Below are positions 26,106 to 38,700 of a stretch of DNA of 64,000 nucleotides, in pieces (positions within the stretch are counted from its first letter, which is position 1; every line of letters begins with the position of its first letter). The notes beneath the pieces were generated by a model. It was not told where the DNA came from, made no database searches, and worked only from the letters and a program-made list of their open reading frames with translations. The DNA is from a virus: IMG/VR virus record IMGVR_UViG_3300008117_004020, positions 32,001-96,000 of that record. One strand, 5' to 3'. A program made the position numbers and the translations under genes.

Positions 26106-29100
26106 ACTTAGCACGCTGCTGGTATTCAAATGACTGTATAGCATCAACAGGATGGAATGTCTTTCCTGTATATCCTATAAATGTCTGAACAAGCATAGCT
26201 AATAGTTTTGAATCACCTCTTTCTTTAAACTCTGACTCACCTGAATCGCGTTTGTAATATAAGCTTTCAGTGTCTCCTCCAAATAGCCCTAATAGATGAT
26301 CTATCATCAGTCCAGCCATTGACAAGAAGTTTGTATTGATGTTCAAAAGAATAGATGGGTTGGAGTAAATACGCTGAATCTCACCAAGACCTGCTTGTGG
26401 TAAAGGTATAAACTGTTCAGTCTCAGACCTCACCTTAAGCATAGTGTACACCATATATTGAGTGAACCAGCTCTTGCGTCTCAATTCTTTAAGTCTACCC
26501 TTCTCATCATCATCATATCCAAACATAACACCATAAATAATATAAGTTAGCAACATAGCACCAAGGTCAGCAAATGTGCGCTTTATAGCTGCTCTCTCCA
26601 TATCTGAATAATTCTCCCAATTCTTAACTACATTCAGACGCATCTTTATAAGATCTTTTCCTGCTGTTTGTAAGAATGTAAGATAGAACCCTTGTTCTAC
26701 ACTCATGCCTTCATAATCAGCTCTTCTTATACCCCATCTGTTCATACCAAGCTGCATAAAGTATTTTCTAAAGAAGAACATAGCTCTTCCAATAGATGAC
26801 TTAGCCTGATATGCAGCATCAAACTTAGCATAAGAACCATTTATACGCTTTTGCATAGCATGCAGCTTGCTGACAACATCAGAAAACTGTTTACTATTTA
26901 AGTCAAAAGCATTCTTATATTGGTCTTTAACTTGTACCTTCTTGTCTTTCATCTCAAATATATCAATGAGATTGACATCCAACTTATCAAATTCTCTCAA
27001 AGCCTCTAGCTTCTTTTCTCTGATTTGTTTAAGAGTCATACCACTAAAATCAGTACCCACTTTCATAGTGACAAATGTCTCTCTATCATACATCTTGCCA
27101 TTATAGAGTCTCACTGATTTCAAATATGCCAAGAAACTACTCATTTGAATCTCCCACTCACCCCACACTTTACCAGAATAAATACCCAGCTTTAAGATGT
27201 TCTTATAAGAGTTCCATGCTGTTTTATTACCAAACTCATTTTCAAATTCACCCTGTATAGGATCAAATATTTCCATCATTTGTCCCCAGAAAGACAGCTC
27301 ACCCACTTTATTAAAGTCAGCCATCATATCTTTCATAATGTGACCATTCTTTGAGTCTAGATATAAGTCTTTCTTTGCTTGCATGAAATCCTTATAATTG
27401 ATCACTCTACCTCCTGCAGCCTCCACCATATTCTGTACATTACCAGATATCCAGTTCACTGACCAGTTTAAAGGTGACAAACCTAACAAAGTAAAACTTG
27501 TCAATCCCATCATCTGATTAAGCATTTTTTGAGTGTTAAATCCTAATACATCATATCCCTCAAAGTGCTCTTCATTATATAATACAGAGTTGATAAAACT
27601 CTTAAACACCTCTAAACGAATATTACTACCAAGATTTATCCTTTGCTCTACCTCTGGAAGATATTTCTTCATGACATTATTGAGCATCAGGTTTTTACTC
27701 TCACTCTTAGGTTGATTCTCTTGGTCTGACAAAATTTGTTCTAACCCATTAATCAATGAAAGTTCTTTATCAAGTTCCTTCTTTCTAATAGTAGACCCTA
27801 CATAGTTAAGAACAGATCCCCATACATCATATGATGCATCTGAAGCTTGTCCTTTTGAGGTGTATTTCACAGGAACATATTTCACCTCATCATTATCAAT
27901 AGTGGCTAATTTAGCCATATCTCTAGAAACACCAGGATCACTTGCAAACCCTGTATCAACATCAGACTCAGTTCTACTAAGACTTCTCTTAATACCCTGC
28001 CAAACACTCTTAACACTTTCTTTAGTTTCAGATACCTTAACACCTAAAGCTCTTTCTGTCTTGCTCTTCTCCATAAATGGAACAGCTAAACCAAGTCTAT
28101 ATCTAGGTTCAATATCTTGCTGAGCATCTAACATTTCTTTATGTATGAATAGCAGATTCTCATAATCCACCTTCTCATACTCATTAGCTGTATTATTGTT
28201 ATACTTGTCCCTAAGTGATACAAAGTCTTTATTTAAATAAGGATGGTCAGTGCCATATTCTTTCCTATATTCTTCATTACTCTTAGGTTTATACCTATTT
28301 TGAATATCTCTATTATCTTTGTTAATAAGTTTAACCTCCTCACCCTTCTCATTAATATATGACTCTTTGAGTTTGCGAGAATAAAAATGCCTAGCTGGTT
28401 TCTCCTCAATATACTCCTCTAATGGGGCATTCCTAGTCCATATTGCTATAGGTGTAAAAGAAGCAGATGTAAGAGACTCTCCGTGTTCAGTGTCAAACAA
28501 AGACCTCACCTCTTTATTATGATTCTCTAAAAACCATGCTGATTCTCTAAATTGATCATATAAAGTGTCATCACGCCTTAGTTCTTCATGTGATACATCT
28601 AGCTCTTTAGCAAATGCTATTTCCTGCCTATCAAGCTCTTCATAGTAATACTTAGTGTATTCCATGTTACCCATAGCTTTAAGCTGTGCTTTGATTTCAC
28701 CCGCTCTTTCCACTTTAGCTCTTAAATCTGGGTCACTGCTCAATCTTTCATCTCTAGCTGCATAAATACTATTCACTGTATATTTATCATAGTTCTCAGG
28801 CTCATTAGTCCTAAAGTAAAACTGTTGCTTGAGAGTTTGTTTTTCAGCATAAGTAAATCCATCAGGTGTATATTCTTCCACTTCATCCCTTAAAGATTCA
28901 ATCTCTTGTTGTAAGTCTTTGATTCTCTGGATCTTATCTGAAGGCACCTTACTACCAACTACAGCACCATCATTATCTCTGTATGGTTTAGTCAATGCAT
29001 TTAGCTCCTTATAAAGTTCTGTTATCCTATCAGCATTAGGATTTTTTGATATCTCAGATAGTTCAGTGAACAAAGCAGCTCTTTCATCATAGTACCTTTG

Positions 29101-32100
29101 AGAAATCACCTGGCGGGTATTATTAGCCAGCCATCTTTTGTACATCTCACTGTCCTCACCATATGTTAGTTTCATCTTTGTCTTAGCTCTCTCAAACGCT
29201 GCTCTAAGTTCTACATCTTCATAGATGAGATTCTTGTTTTTCTGATACTCTCTCAAAGCCTGAGCTATCTTTAAGTCATCTCCTGTCTTATCTGTACCAT
29301 CTAGATTTTTTATTTCCATAAGAGAATAGTATTTCTCCCATAGCTCTTGTCTGGTTTTAAGATGATCTTCGCTAAGTTTACCCTCAGCAATAGCCTCATT
29401 ATCATACATCATCTCTATACCTCTGATTTCCTCAAATATCTTGCTGGTAATTTCTCTTATACTAGTCTTTTTATTACCATACATCACTTCTGTATCCAAC
29501 ATTTTAGTAAGATCAAAGTAAGCTTTTGTATAGTCTGACTCAAAATATTTACGCTCAAAGTCTTTAATTTCTTTTTTTACTCTTTTAACTTCATCTTCAG
29601 ACACCTCATCAGCCTCAAATTTCTTGTTTGTTAAATATAATTTACGCTTGAGTTTATCATACTCATAGTATAAACTTTCATCAAACTCAGATTTAAACAC
29701 CAGACCAAAACTCTCATCACCTGATGCTATATCCAGTCTTTTAGCCTCATAGACCAATGACTGATTGATTTCCTTAATATTAAGACCTCTACCATAAACT
29801 TTAGCACGTTTATTAAATTCAGGTGACAGTTTATCTCTAAAGTCTTTCATCTTTAATCTCACACCATCTAATACACGTTTTAATCTCTTAGCAACAGATG
29901 CTATAACAACATCTGGATTAGATATTGTAGGCAACCATTTGCTCAGAAACGCACCTGCATCACCCATGCCACCTGTCATAGTAGCTTTAATAACATCATA
30001 ACTTGCTAGCTGATCTCTCTCCTTTGTAAGTTCTGCCACTCTTTTTTTATCTTTTCTTTGCTCAGCAGCCTTAATAAGCTCATTGTATTCTCTCTTCATA
30101 TTATCTAATAAGTCTTTTGTAAACTCTTCAGATAATGTAGAAGCAACGTGTGGGGTGATAGCTTTAATATAACTAGTTCTTATGTTCTCAATAGCACCCA
30201 TCATTTGTGTAAGCCTGTCAACAAGAATATTATCTTCAGCTACAGTGGTACCTAAAGCATCCAACATTTCTTTAAATACATTCTCATAGCCTATTACAAA
30301 GTCCTTGATCTTTTCTAGCTCCTTAATCTTTTGAATAGCAGCCTGTTGTGTTGCAGGGGTTAACGCTTTGAGTCTATCAAACTCTTTAGATATAATATTA
30401 ATAATAGGCCCAGCAGAATCAACCAGCTCAATAAAAGCTTTTTGTATAGCCACCATATTACGCAAATCCCCATCTTCACCATAGTTTTCTAAGAATGTCT
30501 TAACAAGGCGTTCCATTTGTTCCACCTTGTTGACTTTATCCTCATCAGTTAATAAATCATATACATTCCTAACATCCTTGTTTTTCTTAAAATAAGCATA
30601 GATTTGATCCAACCTACCCTTCATTTTAGCAAACGCCTCTTTCATCCTAGGTTTACTAATATTCTCTAAAAGTTTAACCCTAGCATCTTCTTCTTTGGAT
30701 GTCTCCTCTTTTCTGTTAGCATCCATACTCATATCAAGATCTGGGAAATATCCATTTGCCAGCCTATCATTAAATGGTGTTGGAGCTGTCTGAAAAACAC
30801 CAATCTTATTAATCTTATTGGTTGCAGGGTCAATCTTATATCCTACACCAATAATAGTAGTGTCGCCCACCTTTACACCTTGAGACATCAATATCTTCTT
30901 ATAAATTGACATCTGCTGACTATATTTTTCCCTAAGTCTTCTTCTATTACCCACTAACTCAGGAAGAACACCTTCAGATTTTCTTACACCACCTGTTGAT
31001 AACAAATCAATTACATAGTTAAATTCATCCTCTAGATTAGTAAACTTTTTAAACTCAGGTCTATCTTTTAAAAATTTAGTTTTAAAGTCTAATATGTGTG
31101 CTACACCATTCTTGTCAATAGCAATAACGTCAGCCACACCACCCACTTCTAAATTACCTATCTCAGTCTCAGTCATTAAAATATGACCCTCATCAATAAG
31201 TTTCCTAATAATCCCTCTAATTCCAGGTTCTCTTAATGTACCATTGATAACTTTGTCTAGCGTAGACTTATCCATGAAAGTATAAATAATAGGGTCAAGA
31301 TTGTCTAAATCAATCTCTCTATCCATTATAATATTCTCCACTATACTATGTATAGCTGTACCAAAAAGAGTCTTCTTTTGATTTTCAGATGCAGAATATA
31401 ACAACTCTGTTATCCTATCTCCTAATACTGTCTGAATATCTTCTTTCTCATATTCACCCTTAATGATTTTATCAATCAAATGCGCTGCAATCTTTTTAGC
31501 AATCACTTCATCTGAGTCTCCAATATCATACACATCAGAAAACTCAATATCATAATTGCTCACCAATTGCAGTACAACATCTGGACTTTCAAGTTCACTA
31601 TAAAAGTCAGAGCCAAGCAGTCTACTAGGAGATTTAAGTCTTATTGGTTCACCTGTGATAGGATCTAATACAGTGAGACTATTGTTATCTTCACGCTTGA
31701 TTAAAGCTGATATAGCAATAATCTTATTTAACGTATCTTTTTGTGAATCATTCATAGACTGAGCCTCATAGAATGACTTAGCCTCATCTGTAAGTTGGTT
31801 ATAAACCTCACTAGATGTAAGGTTCATGTTAAGATTACTGATGTCCTCTGCCATAAACATCTCTTCTAAAATATCAATAGGGTCTCTTTTTAACTTAAGA
31901 GCTTTCACCCATGTCATGATTCTTTGTAAAAGAGCTCCCAGCCAAGATTCTTTTGCTTTGATGTTACTAGCCAGCTTTTTAGCCAATGCTTCACGCTGTA
32001 TCTTATCAAATCTAATCTTACCATCTGGGGTTCTATAGTTGGGATTGTCTTTATACTCTGCTAGTGTATCTTTATACACCTGAGTGTTCCTGATTTTATC

Positions 32101-32748
32101 CAGGGCCTCTCTTAATTCAGGCATATCTTGAGGCAACATATCTATGAAAAAGTGTAATGCTTCTTCAGGTAGAGCTTGCATCTCTTTACCTTCTTGTATT
32201 CTCACCATCCACTCTGCCATATCAGCTACACCATTAGAACCATACCTCTTCATTATATCATTAGACACCTCAATAGGTACACCTATTCTTCTTAAAAATG
32301 ACCTAGCCACCTGTTCACCTGTCCTCTTATCTTTATTCATCTGAGAAGCTATATTATTCCAGCTATCTACACCTGCAGGATTAATAGCAACATAGTCTCC
32401 ACTATATTGTAAAACAGCACCATATTGTGTTGAAATATCTCCTAGTCTTTTACCAAGGTCATCGATAGTCATATTAAGAGCATAATATGTCAACCCATCC
32501 CTCTGTTGTGATGAGTCATATATTAGCCCTCTTTCCATCAACATACCTTTAATCTTCTCCTCAGACAATGTAGGGAGTGATTCAAAAGACTTTAATAATC
32601 CTACATTAGTGATTAATTCTCTAGCTTCAGCCACAGACACAGGCATCTCATTACCCTTTCTTATAAAAGCTAACATAGCACGATCTTCTCCAAGTTTCTC
32701 AGATAGATTTTGCCATTCTCTAGATAGTTTATTAGGACACGCTAACAT
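26104..32748 (-). CDS. Giant virion cargo protein with degenerate zincin and PD-(D/E)XK nuclease domains
   Basis: LPEEALH; GTAIH...ETEI...GVADVIAID...ILDFKT...YSQQMSIY; next to the vRNAP gene. Confidence 0.75.
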   Translation of the reverse strand: MLACPNKLSREWQNLSEKLGEDRAMLAFIRKGNEMPVSVAEARELITNVGLLKSFESLPTLSEEKIKGMLMERGLIYDSSQQRDGLTYYALNMTIDDLGKRLGDISTQYGAVLQYSGDYVAINPAGVDSWNNIASQMNKDKRTGEQVARSFLRRIGVPIEVSNDIMKRYGSNGVADMAEWMVRIQEGKEMQALPEEALHFFIDMLPQDMPELREALDKIRNTQVYKDTLAEYKDNPNYRTPDGKIRFDKIQREALAKKLASNIKAKESWLGALLQRIMTWVKALKLKRDPIDILEEMFMAEDISNLNMNLTSSEVYNQLTDEAKSFYEAQSMNDSQKDTLNKIIAISALIKREDNNSLTVLDPITGEPIRLKSPSRLLGSDFYSELESPDVVLQLVSNYDIEFSDVYDIGDSDEVIAKKIAAHLIDKIIKGEYEKEDIQTVLGDRITELLYSASENQKKTLFGTAIHSIVENIIMDREIDLDNLDPIIYTFMDKSTLDKVINGTLREPGIRGIIRKLIDEGHILMTETEIGNLEVGGVADVIAIDKNGVAHILDFKTKFLKDRPEFKKFTNLEDEFNYVIDLLSTGGVRKSEGVLPELVGNRRRLREKYSQQMSIYKKILMSQGVKVGDTTIIGVGYKIDPATNKINKIGVFQTAPTPFNDRLANGYFPDLDMSMDANRKEETSKEEDARVKLLENISKPRMKEAFAKMKGRLDQIYAYFKKNKDVRNVYDLLTDEDKVNKVEQMERLVKTFLENYGEDGDLRNMVAIQKAFIELVDSAGPIINIISKEFDRLKALTPATQQAAIQKIKELEKIKDFVIGYENVFKEMLDALGTTVAEDNILVDRLTQMMGAIENIRTSYIKAITPHVASTLSEEFTKDLLDNMKREYNELIKAAEQRKDKKRVAELTKERDQLASYDVIKATMTGGMGDAGAFLSKWLPTISNPDVVIASVAKRLKRVLDGVRLKMKDFRDKLSPEFNKRAKVYGRGLNIKEINQSLVYEAKRLDIASGDESFGLVFKSEFDESLYYEYDKLKRKLYLTNKKFEADEVSEDEVKRVKKEIKDFERKYFESDYTKAYFDLTKMLDTEVMYGNKKTSIREITSKIFEEIRGIEMMYDNEAIAEGKLSEDHLKTRQELWEKYYSLMEIKNLDGTDKTGDDLKIAQALREYQKNKNLIYEDVELRAAFERAKTKMKLTYGEDSEMYKRWLANNTRQVISQRYYDERAALFTELSEISKNPNADRITELYKELNALTKPYRDNDGAVVGSKVPSDKIQRIKDLQQEIESLRDEVEEYTPDGFTYAEKQTLKQQFYFRTNEPENYDKYTVNSIYAARDERLSSDPDLRAKVERAGEIKAQLKAMGNMEYTKYYYEELDRQEIAFAKELDVSHEELRRDDTLYDQFRESAWFLENHNKEVRSLFDTEHGESLTSASFTPIAIWTRNAPLEEYIEEKPARHFYSRKLKESYINEKGEEVKLINKDNRDIQNRYKPKSNEEYRKEYGTDHPYLNKDFVSLRDKYNNNTANEYEKVDYENLLFIHKEMLDAQQDIEPRYRLGLAVPFMEKSKTERALGVKVSETKESVKSVWQGIKRSLSRTESDVDTGFASDPGVSRDMAKLATIDNDEVKYVPVKYTSKGQASDASYDVWGSVLNYVGSTIRKKELDKELSLINGLEQILSDQENQPKSESKNLMLNNVMKKYLPEVEQRINLGSNIRLEVFKSFINSVLYNEEHFEGYDVLGFNTQKMLNQMMGLTSFTLLGLSPLNWSVNWISGNVQNMVEAAGGRVINYKDFMQAKKDLYLDSKNGHIMKDMMADFNKVGELSFWGQMMEIFDPIQGEFENEFGNKTAWNSYKNILKLGIYSGKVWGEWEIQMSSFLAYLKSVRLYNGKMYDRETFVTMKVGTDFSGMTLKQIREKKLEALREFDKLDVNLIDIFEMKDKKVQVKDQYKNAFDLNSKQFSDVVSKLHAMQKRINGSYAKFDAAYQAKSSIGRAMFFFRKYFMQLGMNRWGIRRADYEGMSVEQGFYLTFLQTAGKDLIKMRLNVVKNWENYSDMERAAIKRTFADLGAMLLTYIIYGVMFGYDDDEKGRLKELRRKSWFTQYMVYTMLKVRSETEQFIPLPQAGLGEIQRIYSNPSILLNINTNFLSMAGLMIDHLLGLFGGDTESLYYKRDSGESEFKERGDSKLLAMLVQTFIGYTGKTFHPVDAIQSFEYQQRAK

Positions 32749-32761
32749 ATTAATATTCAGT

Positions 32762-35700
32762 TTATTTTAGTTTACCAAGACAAGACATTCTTTGTAAGAA
32801 TTCTTCTATTGTTTCTCCAGATAGTTTTTCTTTATTATACATTCCTTCCATTTCTTCATTAGTCATCTCAAGAACCCATGGAAGCATTTCTCTAAATGCA
32901 TTAATCTTACTATTAGTATCTACTGTACTAGTAGATGATTCTGCTTGAGGTTTGCCCATTAGTTCTGTAAAAGATCTTGTATCAATCTTATCATAAGTTG
33001 TAAAGTTCTTTTCTTCTGGTTTTTTTGAAGCAATAGCTATTTCACTATCCTCATTTGGATAAAAGAACAGCTCATCAAATCCAGACTTGTTTATTACTTT
33101 CCAATAAGTATTATCTATATACCAGTGTTGACCATCCACTTGTAACATTCCTTTGCTAGTCTTTTTGCCACCAGCTTTAATAAACATATCTTCAACAACT
33201 TTTTTACTATCTACTGTTTCTGTAGTAGGTTTAGTTGATAAGTTTTTAATCTTATACACATACACTTTCTGATTACCCTCCAAAAACTCAGGACGCAGGG
33301 TTCTTGTTTGTCCAGTGCTAATCTTCTCCATTAAGTCCATCCAAGATGCGAACCCTTCATTCTTAGCATAGTATTCTTTCTTCTCAGGTGTATTTAAGTC
33401 ATTGACTGTTATAGCTTTATAAAGAGATAGCTCAATTGGAATGACATTACCTTCAGCATTTTCTGTTTGATAGACGCCATTCTTAATTATATAAGTTCTA
33501 CTTGTGAGAGTCTTTTCTCCAGACTTAATCTTCTCTACATTATAAGACTGCATCTTAATCTTATTAGTAGTAGTTGTTTTCTCACCAGCTTTAGGCATAA
33601 CCTCTTCTTTTATTCTTTTTAAATCTATACCCATATCTTCAGCATACCATTTACCTCTCTTAGGACTTTCCCCAGTAGGTGTGGAAGAAGTATCTCTATT
33701 GTTAAAGAATGCTGGGTTATTTGCCTTAAACTTAAATGAGAAGTTTTGATATTCAAGTTCTTTCTCATCATTCTCCAGTTTCATAAACTCATCTTGTGAG
33801 TATTCATACAACTTGTTTACAATATTCACAGGTGTGGTTCCTGTAAAACTATTTTGAGCTGTATTATATCCAGATTGGAAAATAGAATACAAAGCTAAAT
33901 TTCTAAAAAAGTCTTTAACTATCTTTAAATCAGGATCTTCTAAGTTTACCAAATCCTCAAACTGAGCAATTACACCATCTTTTTCTACAGAGTTATTAAT
34001 ATTCTGCAGAAGCTTAAAGTTAATAAAGTTTTTGGTATTTTCCCCTGGTTCAACGATTATATTTTCTATCAGAGGATACTGCTCAACCAGGTCAGCATAA
34101 AAAGGCAACTGTTTAATCATTGTAAACTGTTCCCTCATTAAAGGTGTTTCTATAAGCTCCTTTAAATACTCATTAATATCTTTGTCTGTACCAAATGTTT
34201 CTTTAAAAAACTCCATACCTGCTGTAGACTTGCCCAAATAATTCTGAAGAATATAGTTCATCAGGTCATTTTTATATGTCCTAGCATACTTATTCATATC
34301 ATCATCACTTACAATAGCTGAGTTCTTCTTATTGCTACGTTCTGATAACACATCTTCTAGCAAAATCATATTTAACTCTCTAGAATCACGTAAAGGGAAA
34401 AGTTGCTCTAAAACATCAATTATAACACTTCCAGTATCTAGAGGAGAAATAATACTCTCTTTCTTTATTCTTCTTAGTGTATCAGGAGACAACACATTAC
34501 TTTTTCTATTCACTGCATTCACATAAGATACATTTCTAGCATATGCATCAAATGAACTTACATATGGTTTAGTATCAAAGTTTAAGAATCTTTGAGCTGC
34601 AGTTAAACTATCTGATTGCTTTTTTTGATTCAGAAACTCATGTAATACAGCAAGTTGTAAAAACTTTTTATCTGCAGGAAGCTTTGATATATCTGTTTTG
34701 TCATCAGCCAGAATATTATTATAAAGATTCTGTGATGTAAATTGATTATTAAAAGATATTTTTGATTCTTTAAGTTTCTTACCTATTTCACTTCTAGGAT
34801 CTGCTGTCATATTAATATCAGTAAATCCTAGTTGCTTAACTGTCTCAGACATAGCTTTAGCTCTAGCACTTGACCTAAGTTTACCAAGCTTTATTCTAAG
34901 CTCCTGATATTCCTTGTTATCTACAATCTCATCTGGACCATAGCTCATCATTTGTCTTTCTACATCAGTGGCAGTTTTTTCTAAGTAGTTCTTAACAAAC
35001 ATACTCTCATACTTACTAAGATTCTTTACATAAGTACGCATTGCAGGCTGATTAATAAACGCAAAAATCTTTCTAGATGATAGTCCCGCATACTTCATAT
35101 AGAATGCCACAGGTGTAAGTTCAGTGACAAAGTTGATAGCAAAGATGTAGTCATCATTCGCAGCATCTACAAATGAGCTAATAAACTCAGCAAAAAACTC
35201 AGACTTATGTACACCATCCTCGTCATAAATATCACCATAAAATGTATTAGTGATTAAATTATCCTCATTCTTTGCTACATCACTAGAATTAAAGAATGTG
35301 GTAATATTCTGTTTTTCAAAGAATAATCTATTACCTGTAGCATTAGACAGCTGAAACAATACATTAAATGTATTAGCCACAGCTGCAATACCTAAGTCAG
35401 ACTTACTCTTAAGAAGACTCATGAACTTTTCAACATTCCTCACCCTGTTAAGAATATCAGTGTGAGCATAATCATTAGCTACACGTTTGCCATCCTTAAC
35501 ATTTTTGGGATACACCTTCTTATATATCTTATCTACAAGTGGTAGAATATGATAGTTTGTAGATGGTGTAACCAACTCCATATAGTTGCTAGGATGAAGT
35601 ATGATTTCACTTAATACATCATACATTTCATTCTGTAGAGTGGCCCTAAATGACCCAGCATCTATTCTTTTTAAATCTTCAGGTGTATATGGAATCTTTG

Positions 35701-38700
35701 TATACTTACCATCCTTATCAAGATTAGGATAGAATGTAAACATCTTATCATAGTCAAAGTCAGAACCAGACTTAATGATAGCCTCTGTAGGCATGATGAT
35801 AGCATCTCCAAATGCAGCAGGTAAAAATTCAACCACTTCCATAACATCCAAGAAGTTTCTACCCTGTGTAGGAATACGATAGGATATCATCCTAATAGAC
35901 TTCTTATTCTCCTTACGCCAATTCTCATCTTTTAGTGCGCTATTAAGTCTATTTAAAGAATCAATAGGCATTCCATCTGGGTGTGTAAGCTTTAATAAAG
36001 ACTCCCATTGCTTTGTAAATCCTATCTTAACCTGCATCTCTGTAATCGATAGAGCACCATTTGTTCCAGTAAATACATCATAAGATTTCAACTCACTATT
36101 ACCAAAGGTCTTTGTAGCTTTTTCAGAAGCTTCTCTGCTAAATTTCTTAGCTGATCCAGTGATAGCCACTTGGGTGAGCATACTACCATTAATCTTATAT
36201 CTTGGTATTCTATTATTAATAGATGATATAAGTATACCTTCTATAATTTGTGCTTGTACAGCAGCATCCAGTCCTATCAAAAACTTACCTGAATCTTTAG
36301 AAAGCATCAAAGCTTTACGAACATTTTGATCTTGATTCTTCTTAGAAATCTCTTCCTCAAAATACTTCACTAGCTTTTTCATATCTGTCACTGCAAGCAC
36401 ACCAGCTTTATCAGTGATACCCAATTTATTATATATCTCAGTTTTTTCTATCTGAATAAGTCCATCAACTAACGACTTATATCTACGATATAGATTTTCA
36501 AACTCTTCTTTTTTGTAAGATGACTTAAGAGACAATATATTCATCAACACAAGCTTTCTCATCTGTGAACCAAATGGAGCTTCTGTATGTGCTTCTGAAT
36601 CAGCCTTCACCTGCTCTTTAAGATGATTAAAGAATATGGTGTGCTCAGAATCAAACTTAGTTTTACCAGACTCCACTCTTAAATCAAATGGAATGATGTA
36701 TCTTTCTTTAGGATTGTTAGCATCGTAGTTCTCATACAAATCATCCTGTTTCAGAGGTGTTTCAGTCTTACTACCTGTTTTAAATTTAACATATCCCACA
36801 CCCTCAAACTCCATCCTATCAGCCAAGTCTTCATCCTCAGTGTTTTCTATCACTGTAGGAATCAATGGTTGCAGTGAAAACTTATCAAACATTGGTACAT
36901 GTGAATCAAATAATCCTACAGATGTATAAACCTGATGTTTCATTGGTCCAGAATACTGGAACTTCTTAGGAGGAAAATACACTTGCTCAGCGGGATCATA
37001 TCCTATAGCATCTCTTTTAGAGATATACTCAGTTCTCTTTTGTTCATCAGTGGTACTCTTAGCCAGCTTATTATAATGTGCATATTCTACAATCTTTTTA
37101 TAAGATGCCTCTTGGTCTGCTGTCCAGTTATTAGTGAGAATACTTATAATCCTATAAAAGTCAAATGTGCATTTACCCTGACCATCAGCCTCCTTACCAG
37201 AATAATTATCCTGAATGGCTTGCTTAAGACTATCTTTATATAAATTATAGTTCTCCTCAGAAATATATCCAGCAGCATATAGTCTTTCAATATTAGCAGG
37301 GATCTTTGTTGCCTGCTCAGAGTTAAACACCACATCTTTTAATATACCAGACTTATACTCTTTAGAAACAGTCTGTCTGGATATAATCATATTCTTTGTA
37401 TCCTCATCAATCTGACCAAGCTCAAACAACCTTTCAGCTAACAACCTACCAGACAGATTAGTATTAGCACCTATGTCTTGTTGGTTCTCATAGTTGTTAA
37501 AACGAGCAATCAAATCATTCTCCATAAAGGTGAATATACCTGTAGCTGAGTCTTTACCAGCTCTTTTATGAAATGCTTTAAAGTGGATGGACCCACCAAA
37601 GAACAGTTTCATATTATCAAGATCAATCAAGAATGTATTAGCTATGTAGTAGTTAATAGACGACCTTAAGTCAGGCATTGTTTTAAAATTACCCTTTCCT
37701 AATAGATAACTACTCTCAACAATACTTTTTGCAGATGCAAGTTTATTTGCAAACTCCTCTGAATACTCGTTAAAATACGCTGTTATAGCATTATTAATCT
37801 CTGCTTTATATCCATCAATAAGATTACTAGCTTCAGCAGGAGAGTTAACTTCTTTAAGTTGAGCATTTAACGCATCCCTCACTTCAGGAATCCTATTCAT
37901 AATAGACTCAAACTCTCCCCATGTGTTTAGAATGTTCTTACTAGCAAAATCCAGGTCACTGTAAAACCCTTTCTCTCCTAAAAACTTAAGAGCAGAATGG
38001 TTTTTAATACCATTAGTCACTTGTGTTAAAAACAATTCTGACTTGAATATACCATTGTCCCCTTTATACTCAGCGACACCCAAAGGTCTTGGCATAGGAT
38101 CACCTGTAAGAGGATTATAATAATAGTTGGAATGAATGGATAGGTCAGTGGATTTATCGCTCAATCTTGTAACACTAGAAAAACCCTGTAGATTAAATGT
38201 ATTAATATCCTGTAAAAGTTTATCTATATCACTTAGGTTGATGGTGGAAGCAGCATCAGACCTAAAACCATTTTCTTTAAGTTGTATACCACCAGTATTA
38301 TTTATGTTTAATACTACAGGTGTACCACTACCATCAGTCACGTATTTATATCCACTACTTGTGAGTTTTACTCTTCTTCTCTCCCCAAAGTTATCAGCTG
38401 CAGGGTCAAAATAAAATAAACTATTAAGATATAAACTGTCTTTAATTCCAGGATTAGTAACAGGGTTAAGCCAAGACAAAGATGGCTCAGCATCTAAAAT
38501 ATCCTGTAATTTAGGATAGGTTTTAAAATCTGATAGTGCTTTATTAATAACAGTGAAGTTATTATGATATTGAGAGGAGTGCTGTCTATTACCCTCAGGA
38601 TTGATTACACTACGCTCTATACTGTAAACAGGATTGTATTTAACCTCAACATCAATTATATTATTGATGACATTGTTCTGTCCTGTCCTGTCTTTATTCC

